NCBI GenBank assembly: GCA_036160735.1
Contig: JAYYDR010000051.1
Location: forward strand, 10,830 to 74,829
Reading direction: 5' to 3'
Source of the DNA: Thermoplasmatota archaeon
GTDB taxonomy: Archaea > Thermoplasmatota > Poseidoniia > Poseidoniales > Poseidoniaceae
Length of the DNA stretch: 64,000 bases
Shown here: piece after piece, positions 1 to 8,955 of the stretch
Position numbering within the stretch: the stretch's first letter is position 1
How the letters are laid out: the number at the start of each line of letters is the position of its first letter
Notes under the pieces: model-generated
Database searches by the model: none
The model's input: the letters and a program-made list of their open reading frames with translations, nothing else
Told to the model about the DNA's origin: nothing
Program-made: the position numbers and the translations under genes

Positions 1-212
1 CTGTCCAAATTGATTCCAGTGTCTTCAGCCTCTGCTTTTTCTTCCTCAGCCCAAACATCTACTTCCTCGCTGGAGCCCATAATCCCCAAGCCGTGCCAAT
101 TTAGGCGCGGCCTCATTGCGTTTGGTAAAACCACAGTTGGTAGTACGCCGTGCAGCACAATTGTGCCGCCATCGGGGTCCTTCCAGTGGATATCGTCCCA
201 GTCGAGATTCAT
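1..212 (-). CDS. Partial CDS (start inside the window, 3' end off the left edge). Hypothetical protein starting MNLDWDDIHWKDPDGGTIVLHGVLPTVVLPN..., with its ATG 6 nt downstream of the stop of the giant surface-protein gene.
   Basis: Manual translation of the minus strand: ATG at complement(210-212). The frame stays open through position 1, with no stop in 70 codons. It is absent from the supplied ORF track, presumably because it runs off the window. Confidence 0.3.
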   Translation of the reverse strand, partial: MNLDWDDIHWKDPDGGTIVLHGVLPTVVLPNAMRPRLNWHGLGIMGSSEEVDVWAEEEKAEAEDTGINLD

Positions 213-218
213 AGTGAA

Positions 219-3200
219 TCACTGATTGTTGTTTACCCAATCTCTTAGGCTATCGATGTCCCAGCCTTGGTCGAAGTAACCTTGGATGGTTGCTTGGTCC
301 CACTGTGGGAATTCAGCCATCGCTGCAGCCATGGTTGGATCGACGCTTGCTGCAGGCGGTCCAGCGGATGGAGGTCCTGCTCTTGGCAGGTCAACTACCG
401 CTTTGTCGACCTCTTCCTCGTACTCGTATTCATACTCGTAAGTGCCGTCAGAGGAGCCTCTTCTAGCGAGTACAACAACTACCAAGAGAAGTATCAGAAT
501 TAGAGTACTTAATCCAATAACTATCAGCATACCCGAGCCGGACAAGAATCCGCCATCGTCAGATGCTTCAGCGACGTTGAATGATTTGGAGAATTCTGAG
601 CCGTTCCACAAAGGCATATTTGATTCTGCATCAACTATGATGAAGTACATACCACTGGTTGGATTTCCAAATACCTCAAGGTCTGTGACGAAGATATTCT
701 CAGTTGTACCCATTGCGATTTCATCGGTTGTGAAGGTTAACTCAGTTGTTGGGAATCCACCATCCTTAACCGACTGGATCTCAAGCGTGATGTTACCATC
801 CTTGGTTCCATCATTCTTCAGAGTGATTTCTAATTCTGGCGTATCTCCAACTTCTGGGCTCTTCGGTGTCATTCTAACGTCTATGACCTTGAATGATGCC
901 TCTTCGTAAACGAGTCTGTATTCAGAATTGTGAATTGGGTCGCTAGAATAAATTCCGCTGACTCCCTCAATACCATCTAATCCGACAGTAGGGCCACCTG
1001 CTTCAATTTCCCATCCAGCAGAGTCTCTGCCCTCAATCCACAACACGATGTCAATTCCAGTAAGTTGGGACTGGGTTGGGCTAACAGGGTCAGGCCACAG
1101 ATCTACACAGTTTGCGCTCACTAGGTAATCTCCACCCTGGATCTTCAAATCAAGTGGAGCTGATAGTGGGTTTATGCCGAACTTTTGACCATATACCGGC
1201 CAAGTCTGATTGGTGTCAGCATCGACGTAATATGACCACATTAGGTTGACTTCACCAGCAATTAGTGCGGCGTTCTCTTCGATAACTGCCTCTACGTTCA
1301 CACAGTTAAGGGCTGAAGATGGCATTGTGTTACCAAAGACTTCTCCGTTCAATCCAGAACTTGCTTCCCATGAATCATCATCGATTTCCGGTTGGCTTGC
1401 GTCGACCTTAATCTTGAACGAACCACAACCATTTGCACTGTTTCCATCACAGATTTGTGCGGTTGTGTCTGTTGCACCATCAGGTAGGTCCACCAACCTG
1501 AATGTGTAGGTGTACTCGTTATTTATTGGTGGAGCAGTGATGTTAATTGCAAACGCGCCTCCATCGATTGTATGTAGAGTTGGCCCATCTGTCTTTGAGC
1601 CATCTGCACCACCAGCTGGATATGCGAAGTATCCCTTACTACCATCCATCATTGCTTCTTGACGTGTAATTTCAACAGTAAATTCACCTTCAGGCAGAAC
1701 ATACACTCCGAAGTTAATTCCGTCAACATAGGCGTATTGTCCTTCCATCAGAATTGTATCACTTGGGAAGACGAAAGCAACCTCAACATCTTGCGAATAT
1801 GGATAATCCATGTCTGTGAATGAAGGGGTTATTCCGTTTCTGAAGTCGAGTTGGATTCCATCGCTGTATACCCAGCGCTGCTTGTGTCTGCCACCGCTTT
1901 CACTCATCAAAGACGGGTCTCTGTCCATATCCTTGATTCTGAGTTGTGGAATCATGGTACCTCCACCGATTCCAATAATGTCCCAGTTCATTCTGATTGG
2001 CAAGTCTAGATAGAACTCATCTTCGAATGGATCAATCAAACGACCGCCATCCATTCTTAGGACCTGTGGGCCTTCGCTGTCATCGCCTGCCTCGATGATT
2101 TCAATGTCATCAGATTCAGTCCATGCTGTTTCGTTTCTTGGCGAGTAGTAGACAACCATGTCATCTGGACCTAGGTCGATTTGGAAGTAGTTGATATCTC
2201 TCCATCCGTTTTCATCGGTAGCTTCCACGATTAGATGGTACTGGTTACCAGCATACATTGTCATGTTCCAAGGTCCTTGGTAGAAAGGAGCACCTTCGCT
2301 TGGATTGTGAAGGCGGTTCCTATCTGAATCTTCAATGAAGAAATTTCTGATGTTTGGAGTCTTTGCATCCATTGAAACATATGTAACCAAATCATTGTCG
2401 AAGCCTGCCATTCCACCGTCGATTGGGTTTCCACCAATGTCGGTTCCCTCGACGTAGATGCTTACCTTACCTGGTGGGTCCTGTCCCTTGTTTGCATCAT
2501 CGCTGAAGGTTCCAGTGTAGTTTGCAGTAGGTAGGTTGCCGTCGCTGTATAGTGTCAAAATTGCATACTCATCTGGGTCTGCGATTCCGTCCATGTCTGC
2601 ATCATGGTCATACTCGACCCAGTAGTACATGTCTAGAGTTGTTGGAGGCTCAGGTATGTCCTGAGCAAGAACTCTAACCTTCTGCTGAGCGTTTGGAAGA
2701 ACCCATGTGTCATCGACTAGGTTTCTCCAATTAGACCAAATCGACTGGTCGAAATTCGATGCTTTCAGAACAGAGATATTGATTAGCGTAGGAGAATAAG
2801 TATCGATTGATAGATTGAAAGGAATCGCACAGTCAGAATCTGCAACTATTGGTGCAGGAGGGCACAGAGTATCTCCGCCTTCATATCCGTCAATCATGAA
2901 GCGGTATGTTGCTTGACCTGCTGCTGTTGAACCTAGGTCAACATCCCAGTCAAAGTCGCCCCCGATTACGCCAGATTTGTTTGAAATTTCAATCCACTCT
3001 GATACAACTGTACCGTTTACAGTTTGCACGTCCCAGCGCTGTAGAGACAAATTGTAGGCTGTTGGATCTGGAGCAACATCCAGGCCTTCGAGTCTAATAC
3101 TTCCCATCAAGTTGATGTTTTGGTTTGATGTTGCTGCAGTCAAATCCTGTAAGTCACCTGCATCATTTCTCAACTCAAATGCGGAAATCAAAGCATCGTT

Positions 3201-6047
3201 TTCAATAGCATTTCCATTCGCTGGAGCGAGAACAACTGCGCCCGGTAAACCGTTGACTCCATTGTCTGCAATCAAATTTGCATAAATTCTCAGTTCAGGG
3301 GTATCTTCCCATGCAGTGTTCACTCTGAATCTCCAGGTAACATGCATTTCGTCTCCAACCTCGGTGTAAGAAGAAGATTCCATTGTAACTAAGTTGTCTG
3401 GATCATACGCTTCATTGAATAGTGAGAGTTCTGAGAAAGACAACTCTACTAGACCACTGGAGGATTCCATCCTCAGCCTTGCCTCTGCAAATGCCGCATT
3501 TGTAGAGGAGTCAATGCTGTGAATTGACTTAACTTCGATAATGTCACCGTTAGGGTACAGACCGGTTGGGTTACCGGTAATGGAAATAGAGGAGTCATAT
3601 CCGGATGCAGTGTTAATTGCGAGGTCAGAGAGCATAACTGCTCCTCCCGAGCCACCACTAAATGCAATCGGTACAGCAACTTGTGCACCACTACCTAATG
3701 CAATACCCTGATTCAACTCTCGGTCGAAGTTCGCTGCAGCTCCGAGTGTTGTTTCCCATTCGTACACAATGTCGAGGTTTCCGACACTTACCTGTGTACC
3801 ACTAGATGCATTTTGGTTTGAAACCTTGAACTGGAAAGTTGCCCATTCGTTACCGTAAGCATCAATGTGTGATGCTTGTAGTAACGGGTTGTCCATCAGA
3901 GAGTTAATGGCGTCCTTGAAAGCGATTCTTGGATACATTGTCTCGTGTGCTAGTATGGACTGATTTGGCATAGTACCTAGCGCGGCAACTTGACCGCTTG
4001 CCACAAGTGAGAGGTCGAATGCACCCGCTGTATTGTCATAGAGAATTACGTCTGCCAAATTGATTTCTGAACCAATTGGTAACATGAACCCAGCGCCTGT
4101 CGCTTCACCATTAATATTCAGAGTAAGCGTTGAATTATCCATGCCATAGTTGACACCATCTACTGCGCCTGCCCAAAAGGTTGTTTGGCGCCCGAATGCA
4201 CCAAATGCTGGTTCATTCATTCCCCACTCTACATCGCCATCGTTAGCAATATCGATTTCTACTCCTGTCGAACTGTGACCGAATTCTAGGTCAAACCACA
4301 ACTCTGACATATCACATGGATTCTCGTAAAATAAAATTGACGAGAAACCAAATATTGGGCTATCAGGCACCCACTTTTGTCCGACGGTTACGTTTTGTAT
4401 CGTCTCGTCTCTAAGAGTCAACTCGATGGTTGCGGCCTCTGCACAGTTGTCTACTACCACCGGTGTAACTCCAACGATTGGCTGAGAGAACTTAGTTCTT
4501 GGAATAGGCGGGCTGAAAGAGTAATCCAAAATTGATGGCTCGTAAATTATTGGTTCAGCACCTCCTTGAGAGTACCAAACGCCATCAATTATGGATGGAC
4601 TGCTGATAATGTTAGTATCATTGAGACCTGTTCCGATTCTGGTTCCGATTGTGATTCCATGTAGAACTGCTGTGGACAGTTTGTATTGCCCAGTATCGAA
4701 ATCAAATCGCAAGTCGATTACAGGATATTCAGAGGCATCGATGCCCCACAGTTCGATAATTGGCCCTTCAAGATTGGTTACTTGATTTCCGTCTCTGTCC
4801 ATAACAACTTCAGTTGTTCCGCCTCTTAGAGCAGTAACCGTTAGAGAGTTGGTTGGAGTAGTTTCTTGCTCTAATGTCAAGATACCATATCCATCAGGGA
4901 AACCGGGATTTGGATTCTGCTTTGGAGTGAATCCCTTCACTGTCATCCATCCGGACTGGGGAAGTGGGTTACCCATTCGGAAATCATCAATAAACCAACC
5001 AGGCATTGTTGTATTTTCAGGGGCACCTGCACCAGAATTGTGCTTCATTACGAACTTCATTTGGACATATTTTCCTGCATGAGCTTGCAGGTTTACTGCC
5101 ATGTCTGCCCAACCGTCAGGGTTGAGGGTCGGGTGGGTTGATTCTCCACCTAGTGCATAATCTGTACCTGATAGTGCATCGCATGATTGAATCTTACCAT
5201 TTCCAAACCCGATTGGATACAAACCATTCACATAACCTACTCCAGAAGAATTAGCAACGTCGAAAGGAATGTAACTCCATGAAGACAACTGGTCTACAGG
5301 TGGGAAGCTATTAGGTGATGATGAGTTTCTGACCATAACATAACCACAGTCGTGGTAGGTGTTTGTTGGGTTGGTACCAGGGTTGGTTTGTGTCCAATGC
5401 AGGCCGTGCCAACTAGAGAAGCGAGCAATGAAAGCACCCGGGTCGACTTCCATCGAAGGGGTTACCAAACTTGTTGAATACGCCCCATTGTCATCGGTTG
5501 TGTAATCATTATCGAAATCGTACATGTTTGTACCCCAACACTCGTTACCTGTGTTACAATTGTCATTGAGAACAGATCCGTCTCCTAGAGTTCCATGTTC
5601 CCAACCAGGAGATGTCATCAATGGAGGAGAGGTTGCATCTCTGAATCCACCGTTTGTTCTTTCAAAATCTGTAGAGTAGCCACCGCTAACTAGACTCACG
5701 GTGTCTTCTGTGTAAGTAAAATCGCTTTGTGTGGAGAATTCAGTTTGTTGGTTATTGTAAAATGGATCCCAAACATATTGTGCGCTATCAGAGTTGATTG
5801 TTGTGTAGGTTTCATGGGTAGCCATGTCGGTTGAAATCTTCACACTAGCACTAGTCACAGTGTCGCCTGATGGAAGATTTACTGTTCCGTCTACTATGTT
5901 TGTATAATCTGGACCGTCTCTGACTTCGACAGTTACCTCACTTTCTCCGCCACTGAATGTGCTAACATTTGCTGCTCCAGCCATAGGTGAGATAATCATC
6001 AAAACTGAGAATACTAAAGCGGTAATTGCGCTCTTATTGTCTTTCAT
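219..6047 (-). CDS. Giant secreted surface (glyco)protein of ~1942 aa: N-terminal signal peptide, long Asn/Thr/Ser/Gly-rich beta-rich ectodomain with many N-x-S/T sequons, C-terminal TM helix, EYEYEYEEE acidic patch and ~90-aa Pro/Ala-rich cytoplasmic tail. Candidate S-layer protein or adhesin.
   Basis: 1986-aa ORF. An internal Met at codon 45 (MKDNKSAITALVFSVLMIISPMAGAANVS) gives a classical signal peptide, so start is set at 6047. C-terminal segment MLIVIGLSTLILILLLVVVVLARRG is a TM anchor. The whole body is a continuous ORF with biased composition. Confidence 0.8.
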   Translation of the reverse strand: MKDNKSAITALVFSVLMIISPMAGAANVSTFSGGESEVTVEVRDGPDYTNIVDGTVNLPSGDTVTSASVKISTDMATHETYTTINSDSAQYVWDPFYNNQQTEFSTQSDFTYTEDTVSLVSGGYSTDFERTNGGFRDATSPPLMTSPGWEHGTLGDGSVLNDNCNTGNECWGTNMYDFDNDYTTDDNGAYSTSLVTPSMEVDPGAFIARFSSWHGLHWTQTNPGTNPTNTYHDCGYVMVRNSSSPNSFPPVDQLSSWSYIPFDVANSSGVGYVNGLYPIGFGNGKIQSCDALSGTDYALGGESTHPTLNPDGWADMAVNLQAHAGKYVQMKFVMKHNSGAGAPENTTMPGWFIDDFRMGNPLPQSGWMTVKGFTPKQNPNPGFPDGYGILTLEQETTPTNSLTVTALRGGTTEVVMDRDGNQVTNLEGPIIELWGIDASEYPVIDLRFDFDTGQYKLSTAVLHGITIGTRIGTGLNDTNIISSPSIIDGVWYSQGGAEPIIYEPSILDYSFSPPIPRTKFSQPIVGVTPVVVDNCAEAATIELTLRDETIQNVTVGQKWVPDSPIFGFSSILFYENPCDMSELWFDLEFGHSSTGVEIDIANDGDVEWGMNEPAFGAFGRQTTFWAGAVDGVNYGMDNSTLTLNINGEATGAGFMLPIGSEINLADVILYDNTAGAFDLSLVASGQVAALGTMPNQSILAHETMYPRIAFKDAINSLMDNPLLQASHIDAYGNEWATFQFKVSNQNASSGTQVSVGNLDIVYEWETTLGAAANFDRELNQGIALGSGAQVAVPIAFSGGSGGAVMLSDLAINTASGYDSSISITGNPTGLYPNGDIIEVKSIHSIDSSTNAAFAEARLRMESSSGLVELSFSELSLFNEAYDPDNLVTMESSSYTEVGDEMHVTWRFRVNTAWEDTPELRIYANLIADNGVNGLPGAVVLAPANGNAIENDALISAFELRNDAGDLQDLTAATSNQNINLMGSIRLEGLDVAPDPTAYNLSLQRWDVQTVNGTVVSEWIEISNKSGVIGGDFDWDVDLGSTAAGQATYRFMIDGYEGGDTLCPPAPIVADSDCAIPFNLSIDTYSPTLINISVLKASNFDQSIWSNWRNLVDDTWVLPNAQQKVRVLAQDIPEPPTTLDMYYWVEYDHDADMDGIADPDEYAILTLYSDGNLPTANYTGTFSDDANKGQDPPGKVSIYVEGTDIGGNPIDGGMAGFDNDLVTYVSMDAKTPNIRNFFIEDSDRNRLHNPSEGAPFYQGPWNMTMYAGNQYHLIVEATDENGWRDINYFQIDLGPDDMVVYYSPRNETAWTESDDIEIIEAGDDSEGPQVLRMDGGRLIDPFEDEFYLDLPIRMNWDIIGIGGGTMIPQLRIKDMDRDPSLMSESGGRHKQRWVYSDGIQLDFRNGITPSFTDMDYPYSQDVEVAFVFPSDTILMEGQYAYVDGINFGVYVLPEGEFTVEITRQEAMMDGSKGYFAYPAGGADGSKTDGPTLHTIDGGAFAINITAPPINNEYTYTFRLVDLPDGATDTTAQICDGNSANGCGSFKIKVDASQPEIDDDSWEASSGLNGEVFGNTMPSSALNCVNVEAVIEENAALIAGEVNLMWSYYVDADTNQTWPVYGQKFGINPLSAPLDLKIQGGDYLVSANCVDLWPDPVSPTQSQLTGIDIVLWIEGRDSAGWEIEAGGPTVGLDGIEGVSGIYSSDPIHNSEYRLVYEEASFKVIDVRMTPKSPEVGDTPELEITLKNDGTKDGNITLEIQSVKDGGFPTTELTFTTDEIAMGTTENIFVTDLEVFGNPTSGMYFIIVDAESNMPLWNGSEFSKSFNVAEASDDGGFLSGSGMLIVIGLSTLILILLLVVVVLARRGSSDGTYEYEYEYEEEVDKAVVDLPRAGPPSAGPPAASVDPTMAAAMAEFPQWDQATIQGYFDQGWDIDSLRDWVNNNQ

Positions 6048-6111
6048 TGGGCTACCCTCTTTGCCTACGGAGGCAAGTTCGGCATAAAAGACCGACGGGA
6101 GTGTGAGCAAA

Positions 6112-6139
6112 CGGGTTCCCCCCTTTAGGGGGGGACCCG
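6112..6139. terminator. GC-rich stem-loop (cgggttcccccc-ttta-gggggggacccg) in the 101-bp gap between two minus-strand genes, 6 nt after the stop of the upstream gene.
   Basis: 12-bp arms with one G-U/mismatch, read directly. GC-rich island in AT-moderate context. Confidence 0.4.
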
Positions 6140-6145
6140 AATGGT

Positions 6146-6811
6146 TCACAAATTTACGACTCTTAATTTTGAATAACAATCCTTAGCAAGGTGCTGCAAG
6201 CCACCTACCCTCTCTTCAGACCTCTCGAGCCACTCTTTGTTTGCTACAGTCGTTGGCTTACTAGGACCAAGGGCGTCGCAAATCTCTGGACCTTCACTGA
6301 TCTCCAAGGTCCCAATATTCCTTGCCATCGTCATTATATCCACTTTATCGAATGCTAATAATGGTCGAAGAGTTATGAGGTCTGATGCTATCTCAATACC
6401 ACCAAGGTTACCCAAAGTTTGGCTGGAAACTTGCCCTAGATTCTCACCCGTGAGCAAATGTGTTGCTTCTATTTCGTGACCCCTGATTGTTGCTATGGAA
6501 CTGAACAGTCTCTTCATGTGTATGAAATATTCAGTGTGATTCCACTTTTCAGTGAACAATGCTAACTTTTCAGCAACAGGTACAACCACTAACTCTCTTG
6601 ACAAATTTTCACGGGCTGCATCTCCAAGCGGCCCCTCAAAATCTAGCAAATATCGAAGCAGGGCAACCGTTTTCTGTTCAGGACCTGGACCAGTGATGGG
6701 TTCTTGTGATGCATGAACTGGGTATATTTTCCAGCCTTTCATCAACATTCGAGCAACCGCAACAGGAGAATCGATTCCGCCACTAACAAGTGCGACACAG
6801 ACTCCCGACAT
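6146..6811 (-). CDS. ThiI-like PP-loop ATP pyrophosphatase domain protein (tRNA sulfurtransferase C-terminal AANH domain, no THUMP domain).
   Basis: SGGIDSPVA PP-loop motif and GENLGQVSSQTLGNL ThiI signature. The supplied ORF extends to 7048, but the upstream 79 codons show no THUMP-like sequence and would overlap the divergent thioesterase gene. Start chosen at Met80 (MSGVCVALVSGGIDS). Confidence 0.6.
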   Translation of the reverse strand: MSGVCVALVSGGIDSPVAVARMLMKGWKIYPVHASQEPITGPGPEQKTVALLRYLLDFEGPLGDAARENLSRELVVVPVAEKLALFTEKWNHTEYFIHMKRLFSSIATIRGHEIEATHLLTGENLGQVSSQTLGNLGGIEIASDLITLRPLLAFDKVDIMTMARNIGTLEISEGPEICDALGPSKPTTVANKEWLERSEERVGGLQHLAKDCYSKLRVVNL

Positions 6812-6874
6812 AATCACCTCGTGAAATCGACAACACATCAATTCATAGGATAGTATGGGTATATTGCACATGGG

Positions 6875-7366
6875 TTGAAGATGGGTAGGTGTGTAGGAGT
6901 AGACATGGAACCCTTCAGTACTGAACCTGTGACCCTTATCGAAGAGGTATTTCCTCAAGACACTAATGCCTACAACACATTGTTTGGAGGTAGATTGCTC
7001 TCCCTTATGGACAAGGCTGCAGGTATTGTATGCGCTAAATTCGCACACAGAGAATTCGTAACAATATCAATCGATACACTGGAATTCAAGGCGCCAGCAA
7101 GACAGGGAGACTTGATTGAAGTAACAGCAAAGATCGTTTTCACGTCAAATAGGACTGCGTGTGCAAGAGTCACAGCATGGGCAATGAACAAATCAGATTG
7201 GTCCAAGACTGAAATTTGTGATGGCTACTTTTTCATGGTTGCAATAGATTCGATGATGCGCCCAATTCCTATACCACAGTTCACTCCAGTTTCTGATGAA
7301 GAGAGGGAAGATTGGATTGCAGCTAAGGCAATTAGAGATCACATGATTGCTCATAAAAAGAAGTAA
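6875..7366 (+). CDS. Acyl-CoA thioesterase, hotdog fold (YciA/acyl-CoA hydrolase family).
   Basis: YNTLFGGRLLSLMDKAAG...ISIDTLEFKAPARQGDLIEVTAKIV matches the 4HBT/acyl-CoA hydrolase motif pattern. Alternative start at MEPF (6905). Confidence 0.6.
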   Translation: MKMGRCVGVDMEPFSTEPVTLIEEVFPQDTNAYNTLFGGRLLSLMDKAAGIVCAKFAHREFVTISIDTLEFKAPARQGDLIEVTAKIVFTSNRTACARVTAWAMNKSDWSKTEICDGYFFMVAIDSMMRPIPIPQFTPVSDEEREDWIAAKAIRDHMIAHKKK

Positions 7367-7367
7367 T

Positions 7368-8876
7368 CTAATCGTCAATTCTTGGGATTGATTCGACGTT
7401 TTCAGACCTCTTCTTTTCTGTGCTTACACAATCTGAGAAACTTGTTGGTATATCTGGCTTTGGAGCAATATGTGATAGCATATGGTCTAGTTCTTCATCG
7501 CTGACACTGCCACCATTGCTTTTTGCAAGATTTTGAATCGATTCTGCTACCTGAGACTGACGACTGTTCTCAGACTGTAACCTAAGTGAATCTGTAGTTC
7601 TGGAGCGACCACGGAAAATTCGCTTGGAAATTCTACTCGCTCTACCTAAAGTGGGACTAACCAACTCAGCGATTACAGAACGGCCGCGTAATGATGCAGT
7701 GGTGGACTTTCTTACCCGCAACCGGTTGGTTTTGGGTTTAGCCACCAACTTACTCATCTTTGGATAGCGCTCCCTCGGACTTTCAATCCCTTCAGGGATA
7801 ATCTCTGCCTCAAGGGGGACATCTCTCCTTGCGGATGCGACAAGAGATGGGACTTCATCTACCTCTTCAGCAGGTTGGAGCGGGGTGTCCGGAGATGAGA
7901 ACATATCCGGAGTTGAATGAGGTACGTGCGCACCATTAGCTCCAACGAAGGAGGGAAGGAATTCGTTTGGAGGAGGAGTTGGTTGTGGTTGGGTTTGCTG
8001 GTTGAAAGAGTGCGTTTGCCCATGTTGATTCAACATTCCATATGATGGCATTCCGGTAGGTGTTGCTCTATGGACTTGGTTGTATACCGGTTGTTGTGGT
8101 GGCTCTTGCCACCCATTTTGCATCACTTGGTTTCTCTGAGTGAACAAGTTGGCTTTCGAGCGGGCAAGCAGACCCTCTGAAATCTGCGGATCTTCGATTA
8201 CTTCTTCTTCCCACCCAGGTATATCCAAATCGTTGATTACAGTGGCCGGACTTTCAAGTTCAGCATCAAGAATTTCTTCATCCATCTCCATCGTGTCGAT
8301 GAAGTGATTTATGACTGCAGAAGGGAATAATTCAACCGGTTCAGGAATCGCTTCAAGTTCTTCGCTATTGACCGAGCGAGGATAGTCAGAATCACTAACC
8401 ATGCTGTCCACACTCGCTTTTGCGGCTTCAAGTGACATTCCGTTCTGTAGTCTTTCGATTAATGCACAAAGCCTCATTATCGACAAATCCGGACCAAACA
8501 CAACGTGGCAATCATCCGCATTTGTATCTATAATCAAAGTAGGCTGCTTGGTAAAATAATGCGCTGCGGATAGTACAATTCCAGCAGCACCTAATAGTGC
8601 CTGAATCTTTCCAGTTACTCCTCTCCAAGCGACCCAAACAAGGATTAAGCCAACAACTGCAAGCCATCCGGGCACAAGATTTGTGTCGTGATGGTGAACT
8701 CTCCTAATCGCATTCAAACGTATGTCGAGAGCGTGTCCATTTCGAGATTCAAACGAGACGCGGTTTTCATTCAAGGTCGCCCTAACCTTACCACGAACTC
8801 CTCCCAGCGACAACGAGCGGAATTTTATCCCCGCTCCATTGACACCGAGCCCCTCTGGCCTCGTGTCCATACGCAT
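7368..8876 (-). CDS. Hypothetical protein with an N-terminal beta-rich domain, two adjacent TM helices, a Gln/Pro-rich low-complexity linker and a basic Arg/Ser-rich C-terminal region.
   Basis: 502-aa ORF. TM segments WLAVVGLILVWVAW and LLGAAGIVLSAA. LCR QPQPTPPP. No recognisable catalytic motif. Confidence 0.5.
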   Translation of the reverse strand: MRMDTRPEGLGVNGAGIKFRSLSLGGVRGKVRATLNENRVSFESRNGHALDIRLNAIRRVHHHDTNLVPGWLAVVGLILVWVAWRGVTGKIQALLGAAGIVLSAAHYFTKQPTLIIDTNADDCHVVFGPDLSIMRLCALIERLQNGMSLEAAKASVDSMVSDSDYPRSVNSEELEAIPEPVELFPSAVINHFIDTMEMDEEILDAELESPATVINDLDIPGWEEEVIEDPQISEGLLARSKANLFTQRNQVMQNGWQEPPQQPVYNQVHRATPTGMPSYGMLNQHGQTHSFNQQTQPQPTPPPNEFLPSFVGANGAHVPHSTPDMFSSPDTPLQPAEEVDEVPSLVASARRDVPLEAEIIPEGIESPRERYPKMSKLVAKPKTNRLRVRKSTTASLRGRSVIAELVSPTLGRASRISKRIFRGRSRTTDSLRLQSENSRQSQVAESIQNLAKSNGGSVSDEELDHMLSHIAPKPDIPTSFSDCVSTEKKRSENVESIPRIDD

Positions 8877-8921
8877 CCCGAACCAGCGAAGTGGAACCCG
8901 AGGTTATGAACCCACCGTTTT

Positions 8922-8938
8922 CCCCTCCTATGGAGGGG
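8922..8938. terminator. Perfect 7-bp stem plus TAT triloop hairpin (cccctcc-tat-ggagggg), 18 nt downstream of the stop of the minus-strand gene ending at 8956.
   Basis: Read directly. Member of a recurring stop-proximal hairpin family in this window. Confidence 0.4.
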
Positions 8939-8955
8939 CCAATATTCGAGGTGTC

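Noticed and set aside
442-5082. Multiple plus-strand ORFs of 64-155 aa (442-909, 1246-1509, 1810-2013, 2906-3097, 4591-4785, 4849-5082) and the minus-strand ORF 3473-3691.
   Set aside because: All lie inside the 1942-aa surface-protein gene (antisense or in another frame) and translate to low-complexity Ser/Pro/Leu-rich sequence. They are artefacts of a long biased-composition gene.
6811-7048. N-terminal 79-codon extension of the ThiI-like ORF.
   Set aside because: No THUMP-like or other recognisable sequence. It would overlap the start region of the divergent thioesterase gene. The internal Met gives a canonical PP-loop protein start.
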